Origin: an uncultured virus (IMG/VR IMGVR_UViG_3300037189_010778)
Taxonomy: Duplodnaviria > Heunggongvirae > Uroviricota > Caudoviricetes
Direction: 5' to 3' (one strand)
IMG/VR virus record: IMGVR_UViG_3300037189_010778
Location: 55,818 to 75,817 of that record
DNA: 20,000 bases
Every line of letters starts with the position of its first letter. The first letter of the stretch is position 1. Under the pieces are notes generated by a model, which saw nothing but the letters and a program-made list of their open reading frames with translations, did not search any database and was not told the origin of the DNA. A program made the translations under genes and the position numbers. This document shows, in pieces, positions 1 through 10,093 of the stretch.

Positions 1-1147
1 TAATAATAGTAACATCATCTTTAGTTTCACCTACCAAATATATATTACCCATATTTATTCCCCCACCGTTAGCATTTTCAGGATAACCTCCTCCTCCCCA
101 ATTTACTTCATATATACAACTATCTAAAGATTGTACTATAATATTTCCTGGTACTGGTATACTTGGGGATGTTGCATCTCCAGGCCAAGAACCAGTAAAT
201 CCGTTTATAGATGGTGTTATAAATTGACTAGCACTTGTATAAACATTTATAGCTATAGCATTTTGTTGTTTACCTAAATATCGTCCACTTATATTAGAAA
301 AATATGAGTAATTCCATGATTGTACTTGAGCTCGTGCTGCTGTACCATTTAGTATGGATACTTGATTTTGGGCTACTATTGGACTATTTGTAAAATCTAC
401 GTCCATATAGAGTGGACTAATAACATTTACATCAACATTATTTTGTAATACATTACAATCACTGTTGTAAAAATTTTCACCAACGTATGGTTCAAGTACT
501 GTTATATCGTATGTTGAGGATTGCGTTGCGAATGATTGAGTGATGAGTATTTTTGAGTTATAGTAATTTGAACTATCATCTAATCTAAAACCATAACTAT
601 ACCCTTCAATAGGAGTAAAAGAACCAGCACGGGTGACATATCCACTTACTGTTGATGGAAAGTATAAATCAAGTACTGAGTTACCTATTGTTGCATTTGA
701 TGATGTATTATATGGATAAATAGACATTGTCACTACTACATTACTTTGAGACAATGAAAAAGATACATTTAATAGAATATTAGGTGTATTACCCATATTA
801 AGATAAGTACCATTAAAATATCCTAAAGTATTAGTTCCAGGTTGAATATTATAAACTGCTAATAAACCTCCTCCAGTTGGACCTCCATCACTTGCTGATA
901 CCTTATAATTTAATATTTCTTGATCTGCAGATGATGTAACGTCAGTAGGTACAATAGTATATAGATAATATGTTGGATATTCATTTATAGCACCAACATT
1001 ATATTGTGTAACGTTAGGTACATCTGAGAATTTAATTCTAATATCAGTTAAACTTTGTAACTCAATTGATTGATCTACACTACCACTATCTAGTTTAGCA
1101 ATTTTAATATATTTGACCCCTCTTGTATATGCGTTTGTTTGTGGCAT
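1..1147 (-). CDS. Putative virion structural protein, partial (runs off left edge; absent from ORF track)
   Basis: ATG at 1147 after an A-rich leader; manual translation MPQTNAYTRGVKYIKIAKLDSGSVDQSIELQSL...GGGGYPENANGGGINMGNIYLVGETKDDVTII stays open to the window edge. S/T/N/G-rich like neighbouring structural genes. Confidence 0.8.
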   Translation of the reverse strand, partial: MPQTNAYTRGVKYIKIAKLDSGSVDQSIELQSLTDIRIKFSDVPNVTQYNVGAINEYPTYYLYTIVPTDVTSSADQEILNYKVSASDGGPTGGGLLAVYNIQPGTNTLGYFNGTYLNMGNTPNILLNVSFSLSQSNVVVTMSIYPYNTSSNATIGNSVLDLYFPSTVSGYVTRAGSFTPIEGYSYGFRLDDSSNYYNSKILITQSFATQSSTYDITVLEPYVGENFYNSDCNVLQNNVDVNVISPLYMDVDFTNSPIVAQNQVSILNGTAARAQVQSWNYSYFSNISGRYLGKQQNAIAINVYTSASQFITPSINGFTGSWPGDATSPSIPVPGNIIVQSLDSCIYEVNWGGGGYPENANGGGINMGNIYLVGETKDDVTII

Positions 1148-1164
1148 TATTAAATTATTTTATT

Positions 1165-4100
1165 TTATACAACTCCCCCACCTGTACCAGAACTATAAGC
1201 TGGTGTTGTAAGTGGTCCTGTACTTCCTGAATCCCAATATAAATATATTTCTCCTGGGTTTGGTGATGTATTAGGATCTAGGAATAGATTAAGTGCGTTA
1301 TTACTTCCAGATAGTTGTGTTGATAAGTAAAATACTGGTTTGTATTTAGTTTCTATAGTATTAGCATATAAGTAAGGACAATAACTTAATTTACCAGTTT
1401 CTGCTACTATAACCGAACCACTAAATTCACCGTTGAAAAACTCATTTTGGTTAGATTGTGTAAACGCTACATTCCCAAGTAAACTTGGAGTTGTACCACC
1501 CCAACTTTGAGTAATATTAATGTACAAATTAGTAGACGCAGTCCCATTAAGTTGAGGTACTACTCCACCAGAACTACCTGTTGTTTGTTCTATTGGGAAT
1601 GATTGGTATTGGTTAGATGACGTGTATATTCTTTGTCCATTTAACATTCCAGGTATGCCTCTTATTGAAGCTGTAATAGTAATATCCTCAAATGTATTAG
1701 GACTATTCCATGTTATACTTGGATTAGAACCACTACCATATACAGATTGAGTAGTAGTTAAATTTAATTGTGGTGTAGGATAACGATTACGTTCTAATAA
1801 ATGTTGTTTAATTACAACACCAGATGCTAAATCAGTATGAGCAGGAACAAAATCCTGTATCATTTTAAATAGCGAGTTATCAAAGAATTTGATAAGTCTT
1901 ACATAATTCCAAATATTATAATTTGAACTATATTTTTGGAAATACAAATCACGTAACGCATCTAACGTTGGATAATGAGTATTTCTAGATGGTATTTCTC
2001 TTGGATCTCCAATATATTCACCAATGTTGAAATACCCAAATGTATCGTTTATATCGTCGTTTATTTCGTTTTGTGGTGAAAATGCTACTTCAACATAATC
2101 AATATTATTAGTATAAGAACTACTTATAGATGGTTGTTGTTGTATTGATATAAATGGTGATAATACATTAGCGTTAGGGATATTACTGTCACTGCTACTG
2201 TATGGTAATACTATATTTTTGTTTTGTATCTTCTCAGATATAGCGTTTTGTATACCAGCAGGTACTTGGTCGTAAAAGAATGTCTCATAATTACTAACAA
2301 ATGAACCTGATGGGCTTATATATGCTCCATTTTTCCCATATGGTAAAGCTGAATTAAAAGATGATGTGGTAGCCCAAGAACCTGTTACTCTAGGGTGTAT
2401 TGATGTGCTGCCTGTGTATAATTCACCTCCTAATGGTAAACGAAATGCTAAATAATTATACCCGTTTCCAACTCCATTACCTTCAATAGAATATGGATTC
2501 ATTATATAATCTTTAACACTAGATTCATTTAAATTTATATTCCCATAATAACGTATTTCTTGTAATGAACCAGAAAATTGACTATATGTTCTTGAATTAT
2601 ATACTATACTATTTTTAAAAAATGAAGATGTTACTCCTGTTGTCCAATCACTAGGAGTTATTCTGCCTGAAGCTGACGCGTAATACCCTAATTGATTTCC
2701 ATCATATCCATCATATTGTATATTTCCACCATATAAATAAGCATCATTCCCATTAACAATTGCTGTTATAGACCACCACTCTTCATTTAAAAATGGTAAA
2801 TATATTGTTAATCCTTCAGCAGGAGTAGATGAAGGATAAAATGTTAATTCTGAATATAAATTGTATAGGTTTGGAATTGAGCCGTTATATGAACCACTAG
2901 CTAGTCCTGAACCAGTATAGTTTAGTACAATGCATGTTTTAGTCCCATCACCTAAATTCCATAATACTTGTTGTGGAGTATTAAAGATATTGGTAGATGA
3001 CGATACTTTAAATCTAAATTGTAATACTGTAGGTCTATTACTAGTTGAATTCCATGATGAATCTAATTCCCAATTAGTTTGAACAGCTCGAGTAGATACT
3101 CCTGGAGATATGTAATTATAGGCATAGTTATACTCATCTTGCCAGTAGTCCCAAGTGTTACTATTTTTATCTTTTCCTCCAAACTCATTTATTCTTAATA
3201 TAGTATCAGGAATACCATATGATGTTATTAAAGCACGTAAACCTTCAGGTGTACCTTTCTTTTTTAGAATATAAGGCAAGTTATGATAAATGCGTTTATA
3301 TGTTTCAGCATTGATATCAAATGTAGGATCTAATGATGCTGTAGATGAGGCAGTAACATAATTGTTTATATACTCTAAAAATGAACCAGTAGGTACAGGT
3401 AAAGAAGTAGTTGTGTAAGGTAAATTATATAAACTACCTGATGGTGTAATACCAAGTATAGCCGAGTATAAATCGTCTGTTGAAAAATTATTTTGATATA
3501 TTTTTATACCTAGATCTCTTAAAACATCAGCTACTAAATCTTTAGATATACCATAATTTACTCGATTATCAGCATTATATTTGTTAGTAACATCTTTAAT
3601 ATAAACCCAAACACTATCAAAGTTTTGACCTACCATATCAACAAATAACATATATTGATCATTAGCATTATCTTCTCTAATATATGATGGTATAGAGTTT
3701 ACTAAACGATCATTATTATTTGAATCATATAATGATGCTGTCGCTGATTGAGCTGTCAAAAATGCTAAACCAGCAACTGAACCAGTAGAAGCATTAATAT
3801 AAGGATATGTTGAATTAGTTTTAGGCCAAGCATTACTACCTGATTCATAATATAAGTAATACTCATAGCCATCAAATCCAGTTATTATTTCATCTATTTT
3901 ATTTAACCATATGTTACTACTAGATGATATATATGGATTTGTAGTACTTGTAATTAAATTAGCATTTGATTGATATTGACCAATTAATGATAGTTTATAA
4001 TAAAAATTTTCTAAACGTGTTTGGGCTGATGAGAAAAATACAAATTCAGAATAATCTGAGTAGTCTATATTAATTTCTAGTCCTTTTTCTGCTAGTACAC

Positions 4101-4914
4101 TATTAATTTGATATTGTAAACTACCTGTACCTAAAGTAGATGAATTATTAACTAAACTATTATAATTAATCTGTGGAGTAGAGTTATTAATTTGATCTTT
4201 TACAGCTATATTAGTATTAGGACCTTTTAAATAAATATTTTGATCTAAAACATCAAATGTTTGAGTTATATTAATATTGTAAGCTACCGGGTCAGCTATA
4301 GACTCTACCACCCAACATTGAGATTGCATATCTAATGCTTGAGGGAGTGGTTCATATAATTTAATAAGAACTGTAGGATCTGTCGGATTAGTAGTAATAT
4401 CTAATAAAATATTATTAGCAATAATAAGATTATTATCACTAAAATCTAGATAAAAATCAATAAATACACTACTACTATTTCTATAATTTATAAATTCTTG
4501 AGTACTAGTTATTAAATCAACATTAGGGATAGTTGTAGTATTTAATCTAATTTCTGTTCTATCTGAACTAATTTGATCAATGTAATATCTATTAAGTGGA
4601 TTTGATGATAATCTATTTTTTAAGAAATTATATACTGTGTTGTAATTTCCTTCTTCATATCCTTGACGTTTTAAATCGGCTTCAGGATCAATAACAACAT
4701 TATTATCTATTAATTTAAAGTAAGGATATCCAGTAACATTAGAAAATAAAATACTTTTATTTAAATCATATATAAAATATTCAACATGATCTACACTAGA
4801 ATCAAAATTCTCATATACATCTGTTGTTGGTATAAGATTAATATCTTCTGGAGTATATGTTTGTGCCTCAAATGTTTGAGGATTGATAGGTTGTATGTTA
4901 ACTATTTCAGCCAT
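1165..4914 (-). CDS. Large baseplate/tail-associated structural protein (1249 aa)
   Basis: Segment YKRIYHNLPYILKKKGTPEGLRALITSYGIP resembles the KGT..GL motif of P2 gpI/T4 gp7-like wedge proteins; FSGSLQEIRYY resembles a LamG/ConA-like C-terminal strand; lies in the baseplate operon. Confidence 0.7.
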   Translation of the reverse strand: MAEIVNIQPINPQTFEAQTYTPEDINLIPTTDVYENFDSSVDHVEYFIYDLNKSILFSNVTGYPYFKLIDNNVVIDPEADLKRQGYEEGNYNTVYNFLKNRLSSNPLNRYYIDQISSDRTEIRLNTTTIPNVDLITSTQEFINYRNSSSVFIDFYLDFSDNNLIIANNILLDITTNPTDPTVLIKLYEPLPQALDMQSQCWVVESIADPVAYNINITQTFDVLDQNIYLKGPNTNIAVKDQINNSTPQINYNSLVNNSSTLGTGSLQYQINSVLAEKGLEINIDYSDYSEFVFFSSAQTRLENFYYKLSLIGQYQSNANLITSTTNPYISSSSNIWLNKIDEIITGFDGYEYYLYYESGSNAWPKTNSTYPYINASTGSVAGLAFLTAQSATASLYDSNNNDRLVNSIPSYIREDNANDQYMLFVDMVGQNFDSVWVYIKDVTNKYNADNRVNYGISKDLVADVLRDLGIKIYQNNFSTDDLYSAILGITPSGSLYNLPYTTTSLPVPTGSFLEYINNYVTASSTASLDPTFDINAETYKRIYHNLPYILKKKGTPEGLRALITSYGIPDTILRINEFGGKDKNSNTWDYWQDEYNYAYNYISPGVSTRAVQTNWELDSSWNSTSNRPTVLQFRFKVSSSTNIFNTPQQVLWNLGDGTKTCIVLNYTGSGLASGSYNGSIPNLYNLYSELTFYPSSTPAEGLTIYLPFLNEEWWSITAIVNGNDAYLYGGNIQYDGYDGNQLGYYASASGRITPSDWTTGVTSSFFKNSIVYNSRTYSQFSGSLQEIRYYGNINLNESSVKDYIMNPYSIEGNGVGNGYNYLAFRLPLGGELYTGSTSIHPRVTGSWATTSSFNSALPYGKNGAYISPSGSFVSNYETFFYDQVPAGIQNAISEKIQNKNIVLPYSSSDSNIPNANVLSPFISIQQQPSISSSYTNNIDYVEVAFSPQNEINDDINDTFGYFNIGEYIGDPREIPSRNTHYPTLDALRDLYFQKYSSNYNIWNYVRLIKFFDNSLFKMIQDFVPAHTDLASGVVIKQHLLERNRYPTPQLNLTTTQSVYGSGSNPSITWNSPNTFEDITITASIRGIPGMLNGQRIYTSSNQYQSFPIEQTTGSSGGVVPQLNGTASTNLYINITQSWGGTTPSLLGNVAFTQSNQNEFFNGEFSGSVIVAETGKLSYCPYLYANTIETKYKPVFYLSTQLSGSNNALNLFLDPNTSPNPGEIYLYWDSGSTGPLTTPAYSSGTGGGVV

Positions 4915-4915
4915 G

Positions 4916-5266
4916 TTATTGTGTTCTAGTTATATTTACGACATTTTGTTGTAAGTCTAGATTTTCTTGTCTTAATTGATTTATTTCTTCAAGTAAAGAT
5001 TGTATTAGTTCTTCATTAGAATCTAATGTTGTACCAATGTATTCTGTACTTGTTTTTATAAGATACTCATGAGAATTGACTTCTCCAAATTTAGGTATAG
5101 TAAAAAATAATTGTTGATAATAAGTAAAAAACTGTTGAATAGATATAGGAGGATTAGCAGTTGTATCAACAACCGGTTGAGTAAGTTGATTAAAAGAAGT
5201 ATTAATTACTTTCTCATACGAATTTTTATTAAATGAAGGTTTTACCAATGTTATTTGATCTGCCAT
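4916..5266 (-). CDS. Hypothetical protein with C-terminal coiled coil, probably virion-associated
   Basis: 116-aa ORF, stop/start overlap (TAATG) with the upstream gene; heptad-like IQSLLEEINQLRQENLDLQQ. Confidence 0.7.
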   Translation of the reverse strand: MADQITLVKPSFNKNSYEKVINTSFNQLTQPVVDTTANPPISIQQFFTYYQQLFFTIPKFGEVNSHEYLIKTSTEYIGTTLDSNEELIQSLLEEINQLRQENLDLQQNVVNITRTQ

Positions 5267-6447
5267 TATCCATTTATAATTTTAAAGCTATAATTATTAT
5301 TAAATACTAATGTTGAACCATTAATTGTACTTTTAATTAAGACTGTATAATAACGTTCTGTTTGTAATCCATTCATGTTAATATCAAAATAACTACCACT
5401 AATATCAGCGTTAAGTTGTGTGAATTGAGTATCAAAATCTATAACAAATTCATTTGTATCTAAATCTTTTATAGCCCAATATGAAGCTGTAGGTAAGTAA
5501 TAGTTTTGAGTATAGATTGAAGATGTCTGCCAAACCTGAGGTGGATATTCTGGTCTAGCATTTACTCTAAATCTATTTACACTTCCTGAATAAAAATATC
5601 CTGGGTTTTGAGCTAATGTTACTACTGCAGGTAATGTATCAAGAATAGTTAAACCTGATGAACCAGTATTCCATGTATAATCTCTCCATTTAAACTCTAA
5701 TTGAGGTGGGTAAATAGTATGAGTATCAACTGAAAAGAATTTAAGTTCAGGTTGTACGTTAATGTTATTTATAAATTCTGTAGCATCCGATAATTTAACT
5801 ATAAAACCATTATCAGCTATTGCTCCAGTATACCATGCTCTAATAATATTAGAAACATTCATATTGATATCTTTATCACTAGAATAACTAAATATTTGTG
5901 ATGCTGTGATAGGATATGTATTTGAGTTAAAATAAGATACATTAGAACCAGTATACCATGTTCCTCCTCCAGCTACAGCATAATTTAAATTATATGAACC
6001 AGTAACATTTAAAGGATAAGGACCTGTACTCCATCGGGTAGAACCAGAATAATCTAACCATATCCAACTTGTACCATTAGATACTTCAGGTTCATCTAAG
6101 TACTTACCAGTACCCATTCCCCAATTTCCACATATTGGATAACAATCTATTTGAGTGTTTAACGCTAATCCAGTCTCAGTTGCTATAAAACATTTTAATG
6201 TAGCTGTCCAAGATGAAGTATTCATAAGTTGGGCTGAGCTGCTTATTCCTATTTTATCTTCTAAGATACTATCTATTTCATCTGATGCAAATTGGACAAG
6301 AAATCTACTAACCTGTGGATTACCATTATTTTCTGTTGCTATTTGAGTTTGGGTAGACTCAATAATTTCATCTAATCCTGTGTTCATACTAGGGAACATA
6401 GAATATAATGTCGCGTCTTGGGAGGGAAATATTTTATATACTGCCAT
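5266..6447 (-). CDS. Virion structural protein, DNRLRE/CBM96-like beta-sandwich
   Basis: Pattern SQDATLYS...NTG...SRFLVQF...W.....NGFIVK...F.S.D....PQLEFKW resembles DNRLRE-type domains; located in the baseplate operon. Confidence 0.55.
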   Translation of the reverse strand: MAVYKIFPSQDATLYSMFPSMNTGLDEIIESTQTQIATENNGNPQVSRFLVQFASDEIDSILEDKIGISSSAQLMNTSSWTATLKCFIATETGLALNTQIDCYPICGNWGMGTGKYLDEPEVSNGTSWIWLDYSGSTRWSTGPYPLNVTGSYNLNYAVAGGGTWYTGSNVSYFNSNTYPITASQIFSYSSDKDINMNVSNIIRAWYTGAIADNGFIVKLSDATEFINNINVQPELKFFSVDTHTIYPPQLEFKWRDYTWNTGSSGLTILDTLPAVVTLAQNPGYFYSGSVNRFRVNARPEYPPQVWQTSSIYTQNYYLPTASYWAIKDLDTNEFVIDFDTQFTQLNADISGSYFDINMNGLQTERYYTVLIKSTINGSTLVFNNNYSFKIING

Positions 6448-6456
6448 AGTTTAATA

Positions 6457-8331
6457 TTATAATGGTACTACTTTACCTTGTATGTCTTGATTTAAATATT
6501 TTATTTCAAAAATAGATGGATCTAATGAAGGATATACAACATTGGCTGATGTTGCTCCTTTAATATCATAAGCGTAAGGGCTATATCCTAAATTCTCACC
6601 AACTAAATTTACTATTTCAACGTTTTTAACAGTCTGTACGCCTTGTATTTTATTTAATAATATATATAATTCTCTTAATATAATTGGTTGATTTATTTGC
6701 CAATTATCTATTGCAAAATATGTTTTAAGAGCGTCGATACATTTAATTAAAACTTCATTATTATTGTAATTAGGTAATACTATTATTTCAAAATTTACTC
6801 CTATATTAACAATAAATCCATCTTTAATATTAACAGCATCTCCTATCATTCGATATTGAGATAAATATGTTGTTAAATTCTGCTTTAAAGCTGTTGTAGC
6901 TGTACGTAATGTGTTATCAATATTATAACTTAATATATATAAATCTAACACTGAATTAGATTCTCCAGCTGATACTAGAGCGTCTCTTTTAGTTGGTTCT
7001 ATATATGCTTTAGATATAACTCCATATTTAGCAGGCATTGATAGTGCTCTTACTAAATAGTCATCTTGAGTTACGTTACGTAACTGTGAAGCAAAATTAG
7101 CCATTGAATTTTGTCTAATTTCTTCAATTGTATCTCCATCTCCACCTCCATCAGCAGCTAAAGGATTAGTTACAGCTAATGAATTAAATACAGTAGTTGC
7201 TGTAGTAGAATTTAAATTAGTATTTAAAAATGTTGGAGTAGAGTTTAATGTATTTAAAACATTAGCATTAACATTAGCTGTAACTCCCCCACCAGTTAAA
7301 TATCTTACAGTTAACGTAGTGTTAGAAGGAGCAATACCGTATGTTTTGGTAAATAAGAAATTAGATGGAGAATACGCGGTTGTAAGTTTAGTTTTTTCAA
7401 AAGGTAAACCTATACCTACATTATTTGGATTTGGTGTTATTTCTTCATCACTATCGTTTACTGTACCTGCTCCAAATTGAAATTGTAATGTAGTTGAATT
7501 AATAAATCGTGTTACAAATCGACGCTGTTGTTTTTCTAATTTAAGAAGATAAGGAGCGTTTCCTTGATTTATGTAAAAATTAGGATCGTTAGGATTAGTA
7601 TTTTTTACAGAAGTATAAACCATTTCTTGACCTAAATGATCTACTTCATACCATTGATTTCCATTAGAATCAAATACATCTAATACACCAATAACTTTAT
7701 CATCTGTTAAATTTACAGTAGAAAATTTCTGTGGATTGCCAAAACTAAATGATGTAGTGTTTATAGTTGCTGATATAGCTTTTCTACTTTTTTTAAGTAA
7801 AAAATAATTTGGATTACCTCCTGATACAGAATATACAGTTACTTCAGTAGGATCTTGAGATGACGATACTGTAAAATCAACTGGATCTTCAATTATAAAA
7901 GTAGAAGTAATATTGGTTAAAGTAGATGATACTGTAGAATTAGCGGGTACAAATAAAGCATAAGTAAAGTCAGGCACATACAAACTTCCAGATAAAACAG
8001 AAGGCACTTGTTGATAAAAATCAACTTCAGTTATAGCTACTTGTGTAACATTTGGTTTATATCCAAACATATATGCTAATTCAAATAAATTATTTGTCTG
8101 ACGAGCATATTGTAAAAAGTTTTCTTGAAATTGATTATCAAGATAAAAAGATAAAACATCACCAACATACGCAGCCATTTCCATAAACATTGTACCTGGA
8201 GATGTAGGGCTAAAATCATTATACGTTGTAGGAAAATACGTTTGAGCATAGTTTATTAAACTAGCCTTTAACTCTGTAAAATCCTTGTTTATATATTTTA
8301 TATCTTTTTTAGTATTATTATTTGTAGCCAT
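6457..8331 (-). CDS. Baseplate wedge protein (T4 gp6 / baseplate J-like)
   Basis: N-terminal DFTELKASLINYAQTYFPTTYNDFS...GTMFMEMAAYVGDVLSFYLD, AYMFGYKP, VRYLTGGG...N and GGGDGDTIEEIRQ...RNVTQDDY are typical gp6/J motifs; adjacent to a gp25-like gene. Confidence 0.88.
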   Translation of the reverse strand: MATNNNTKKDIKYINKDFTELKASLINYAQTYFPTTYNDFSPTSPGTMFMEMAAYVGDVLSFYLDNQFQENFLQYARQTNNLFELAYMFGYKPNVTQVAITEVDFYQQVPSVLSGSLYVPDFTYALFVPANSTVSSTLTNITSTFIIEDPVDFTVSSSQDPTEVTVYSVSGGNPNYFLLKKSRKAISATINTTSFSFGNPQKFSTVNLTDDKVIGVLDVFDSNGNQWYEVDHLGQEMVYTSVKNTNPNDPNFYINQGNAPYLLKLEKQQRRFVTRFINSTTLQFQFGAGTVNDSDEEITPNPNNVGIGLPFEKTKLTTAYSPSNFLFTKTYGIAPSNTTLTVRYLTGGGVTANVNANVLNTLNSTPTFLNTNLNSTTATTVFNSLAVTNPLAADGGGDGDTIEEIRQNSMANFASQLRNVTQDDYLVRALSMPAKYGVISKAYIEPTKRDALVSAGESNSVLDLYILSYNIDNTLRTATTALKQNLTTYLSQYRMIGDAVNIKDGFIVNIGVNFEIIVLPNYNNNEVLIKCIDALKTYFAIDNWQINQPIILRELYILLNKIQGVQTVKNVEIVNLVGENLGYSPYAYDIKGATSANVVYPSLDPSIFEIKYLNQDIQGKVVPL

Positions 8332-8738
8332 TATTGAAATGTTATTTGTAATTGATCTGTTATACCTGTATTTATTATATTATATTTTAAGATCATTGTT
8401 ACTTCATTGTAGTCAGGAGCTGATGTAAGTTCTAACGACACTACTAAAACATTTGGAAAATATAATGCTATTTTAGATTGAATATCTTGTTTTAAATTAT
8501 CTAAGTTTCCTGTAGTAATTTGTTCAAAAATAAACGCTCTTAAATTAGCACCAAATGTAGGATTTAAATATATCTCATCTGTATTAGTTAAGAAATAATT
8601 AATAAGATTAGTTTTAATCGCTTCTTTAGTTGTATAAGTTGATTGAAATACATTAGAAGCGTTAAATGGTAAACCTACTCCAACCGCTGTTCCAGGTTGG
8701 GTATCAATAGGAAATATTTTTTTTGCGCCGAATGCCAT
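8331..8738 (-). CDS. Baseplate gp25/GPW-like protein (sheath initiator)
   Basis: AIKTNLINYFLTNTDEIYLNPTFGANLRAFIFEQ matches the gp25 'L.T..GER...P.FG..L...LFE' pattern; size and position fit. Confidence 0.88.
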   Translation of the reverse strand: MAFGAKKIFPIDTQPGTAVGVGLPFNASNVFQSTYTTKEAIKTNLINYFLTNTDEIYLNPTFGANLRAFIFEQITTGNLDNLKQDIQSKIALYFPNVLVVSLELTSAPDYNEVTMILKYNIINTGITDQLQITFQ

Positions 8739-9085
8739 TATTTATTCATTAATCCCATTATTTGACTTAAATCAACTTCACCTTCAGGTAGTGTACCATT
8801 CAGTGGATCAATATTGCCCGTAGGTCTAAAAGGTACATTTTCAGTTGTAGCTCTACCACCAACCTGCATATCTTCCAGTATGTTACCAAACATAGCTCTA
8901 CGCTCAGCTGGTGTTAATTGTTTAGGTTGTGCGACATGTGGTTGAGCATAAGTATTAGGTTGTACTGTTTCTGTAACTATGTTTTTAGGAGCTTTTACAG
9001 CTTCTAGTAAGATATCACGTAATTCTTCTTGAATTACTTCTCTTACTGATTCTTTAATAATTTTTTTAAATTTGGTAATATCCAT
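8738..9085 (-). CDS. Hypothetical protein
   Basis: 115-aa ORF preceded by ATATTTATA motif; N-terminal FKKIIKESVREVIQEE helix; coupled to the gp25-like gene. Confidence 0.75.
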   Translation of the reverse strand: MDITKFKKIIKESVREVIQEELRDILLEAVKAPKNIVTETVQPNTYAQPHVAQPKQLTPAERRAMFGNILEDMQVGGRATTENVPFRPTGNIDPLNGTLPEGEVDLSQIMGLMNK

Positions 9086-9103
9086 ATGTTATAAATATTA
9101 AGG

Positions 9104-10093
9104 TTAATAAGCTTTTAAATTATCTCTATCAATCATTAATTTTAATTCATTAATTAATAATTCATCTTGAGTAGTAAATGATAGTTCTGTTTGTATTAAT
9201 TTAATACCACTTTGATTTTTTCCCACAGCTCTTCTACGATTTACTGTTGGGGTGTATGGTATTTCTTCAATTTCTATCACAAAACCAGCATATGTGGTAT
9301 TATTTTGTGTTTGTTCAGCTTTAGTTTGAAGTATTGATATTGATATTAAGTTTGGATCTATTGGGGCAAGACTAGAAGCTAAATTATTATTACATTTTTT
9401 AATTTTAACATCTATTGCACTTAATATAATTATTATTACTTGTATATATCCATTTATTATTGATATAGCTAATGACGCTGATGCTATCGAACTAGATACT
9501 TTAGGTAAACGAGGTGTACCATCTTTTTCAAATAAAAGTTTATTTATATTATCTTCTAAATCACTTAAAATTGAAGACACAACCCCAGGAGTACCTGGAG
9601 GAGATGGAACAGTCTTTACAGCTAAAGATGTTGATGTCTTGATAGTTTTAATAGTATCTATAGCTGCTTGACTTATTTCAAGAAAATTATTTAATCCAGT
9701 TACAGCTTTAGTTAATCTATCTAATTGTTTATTTATATTATTTAACTGCGCTATTAAAGCATTACGTTGAGCTAATATAGCTAATAATTTAGGTTCAGTA
9801 GGACATCCATCTTTAGATAAGATATTTTCTTTTATATTACCTAATTGGTCTTGAGCTACAGAAGCACCTAATTCTTTAGCTATACCTATTGCAATAGGGG
9901 TAAGTACTGTATATATTTTTTTACCTATTAATGTTATAGTATTACCTAATTTAGCACTACCTTGAGGTTTTAAAGAACCAGGAGTAGCCTTTTGAATTGA
10001 AGATAAATTAACATCTAGTATTTTACTACTATCACTTTTAGCTTGTTCAGCCGCTTTTTTTCTTATATTTTCTATATCTAAAGGAGAGGCCAT
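9104..10093 (-). CDS. Hypothetical helical protein in the baseplate module
   Basis: 329-aa ORF coupled (TAATG) to the gp5-like gene; coiled-coil and hydrophobic segments. Confidence 0.7.
   Translation of the reverse strand: MASPLDIENIRKKAAEQAKSDSSKILDVNLSSIQKATPGSLKPQGSAKLGNTITLIGKKIYTVLTPIAIGIAKELGASVAQDQLGNIKENILSKDGCPTEPKLLAILAQRNALIAQLNNINKQLDRLTKAVTGLNNFLEISQAAIDTIKTIKTSTSLAVKTVPSPPGTPGVVSSILSDLEDNINKLLFEKDGTPRLPKVSSSIASASLAISIINGYIQVIIIILSAIDVKIKKCNNNLASSLAPIDPNLISISILQTKAEQTQNNTTYAGFVIEIEEIPYTPTVNRRRAVGKNQSGIKLIQTELSFTTQDELLINELKLMIDRDNLKAY

Noticed and set aside
6155..6346. Plus-strand 63-aa ORF
   Set aside because: Antisense shadow inside a well-supported structural gene.
5266..10093. 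TAATG stop/start overlaps at 5266, 8331, 8738 and 10093
   Set aside because: Ordinary translational coupling in a phage structural operon.
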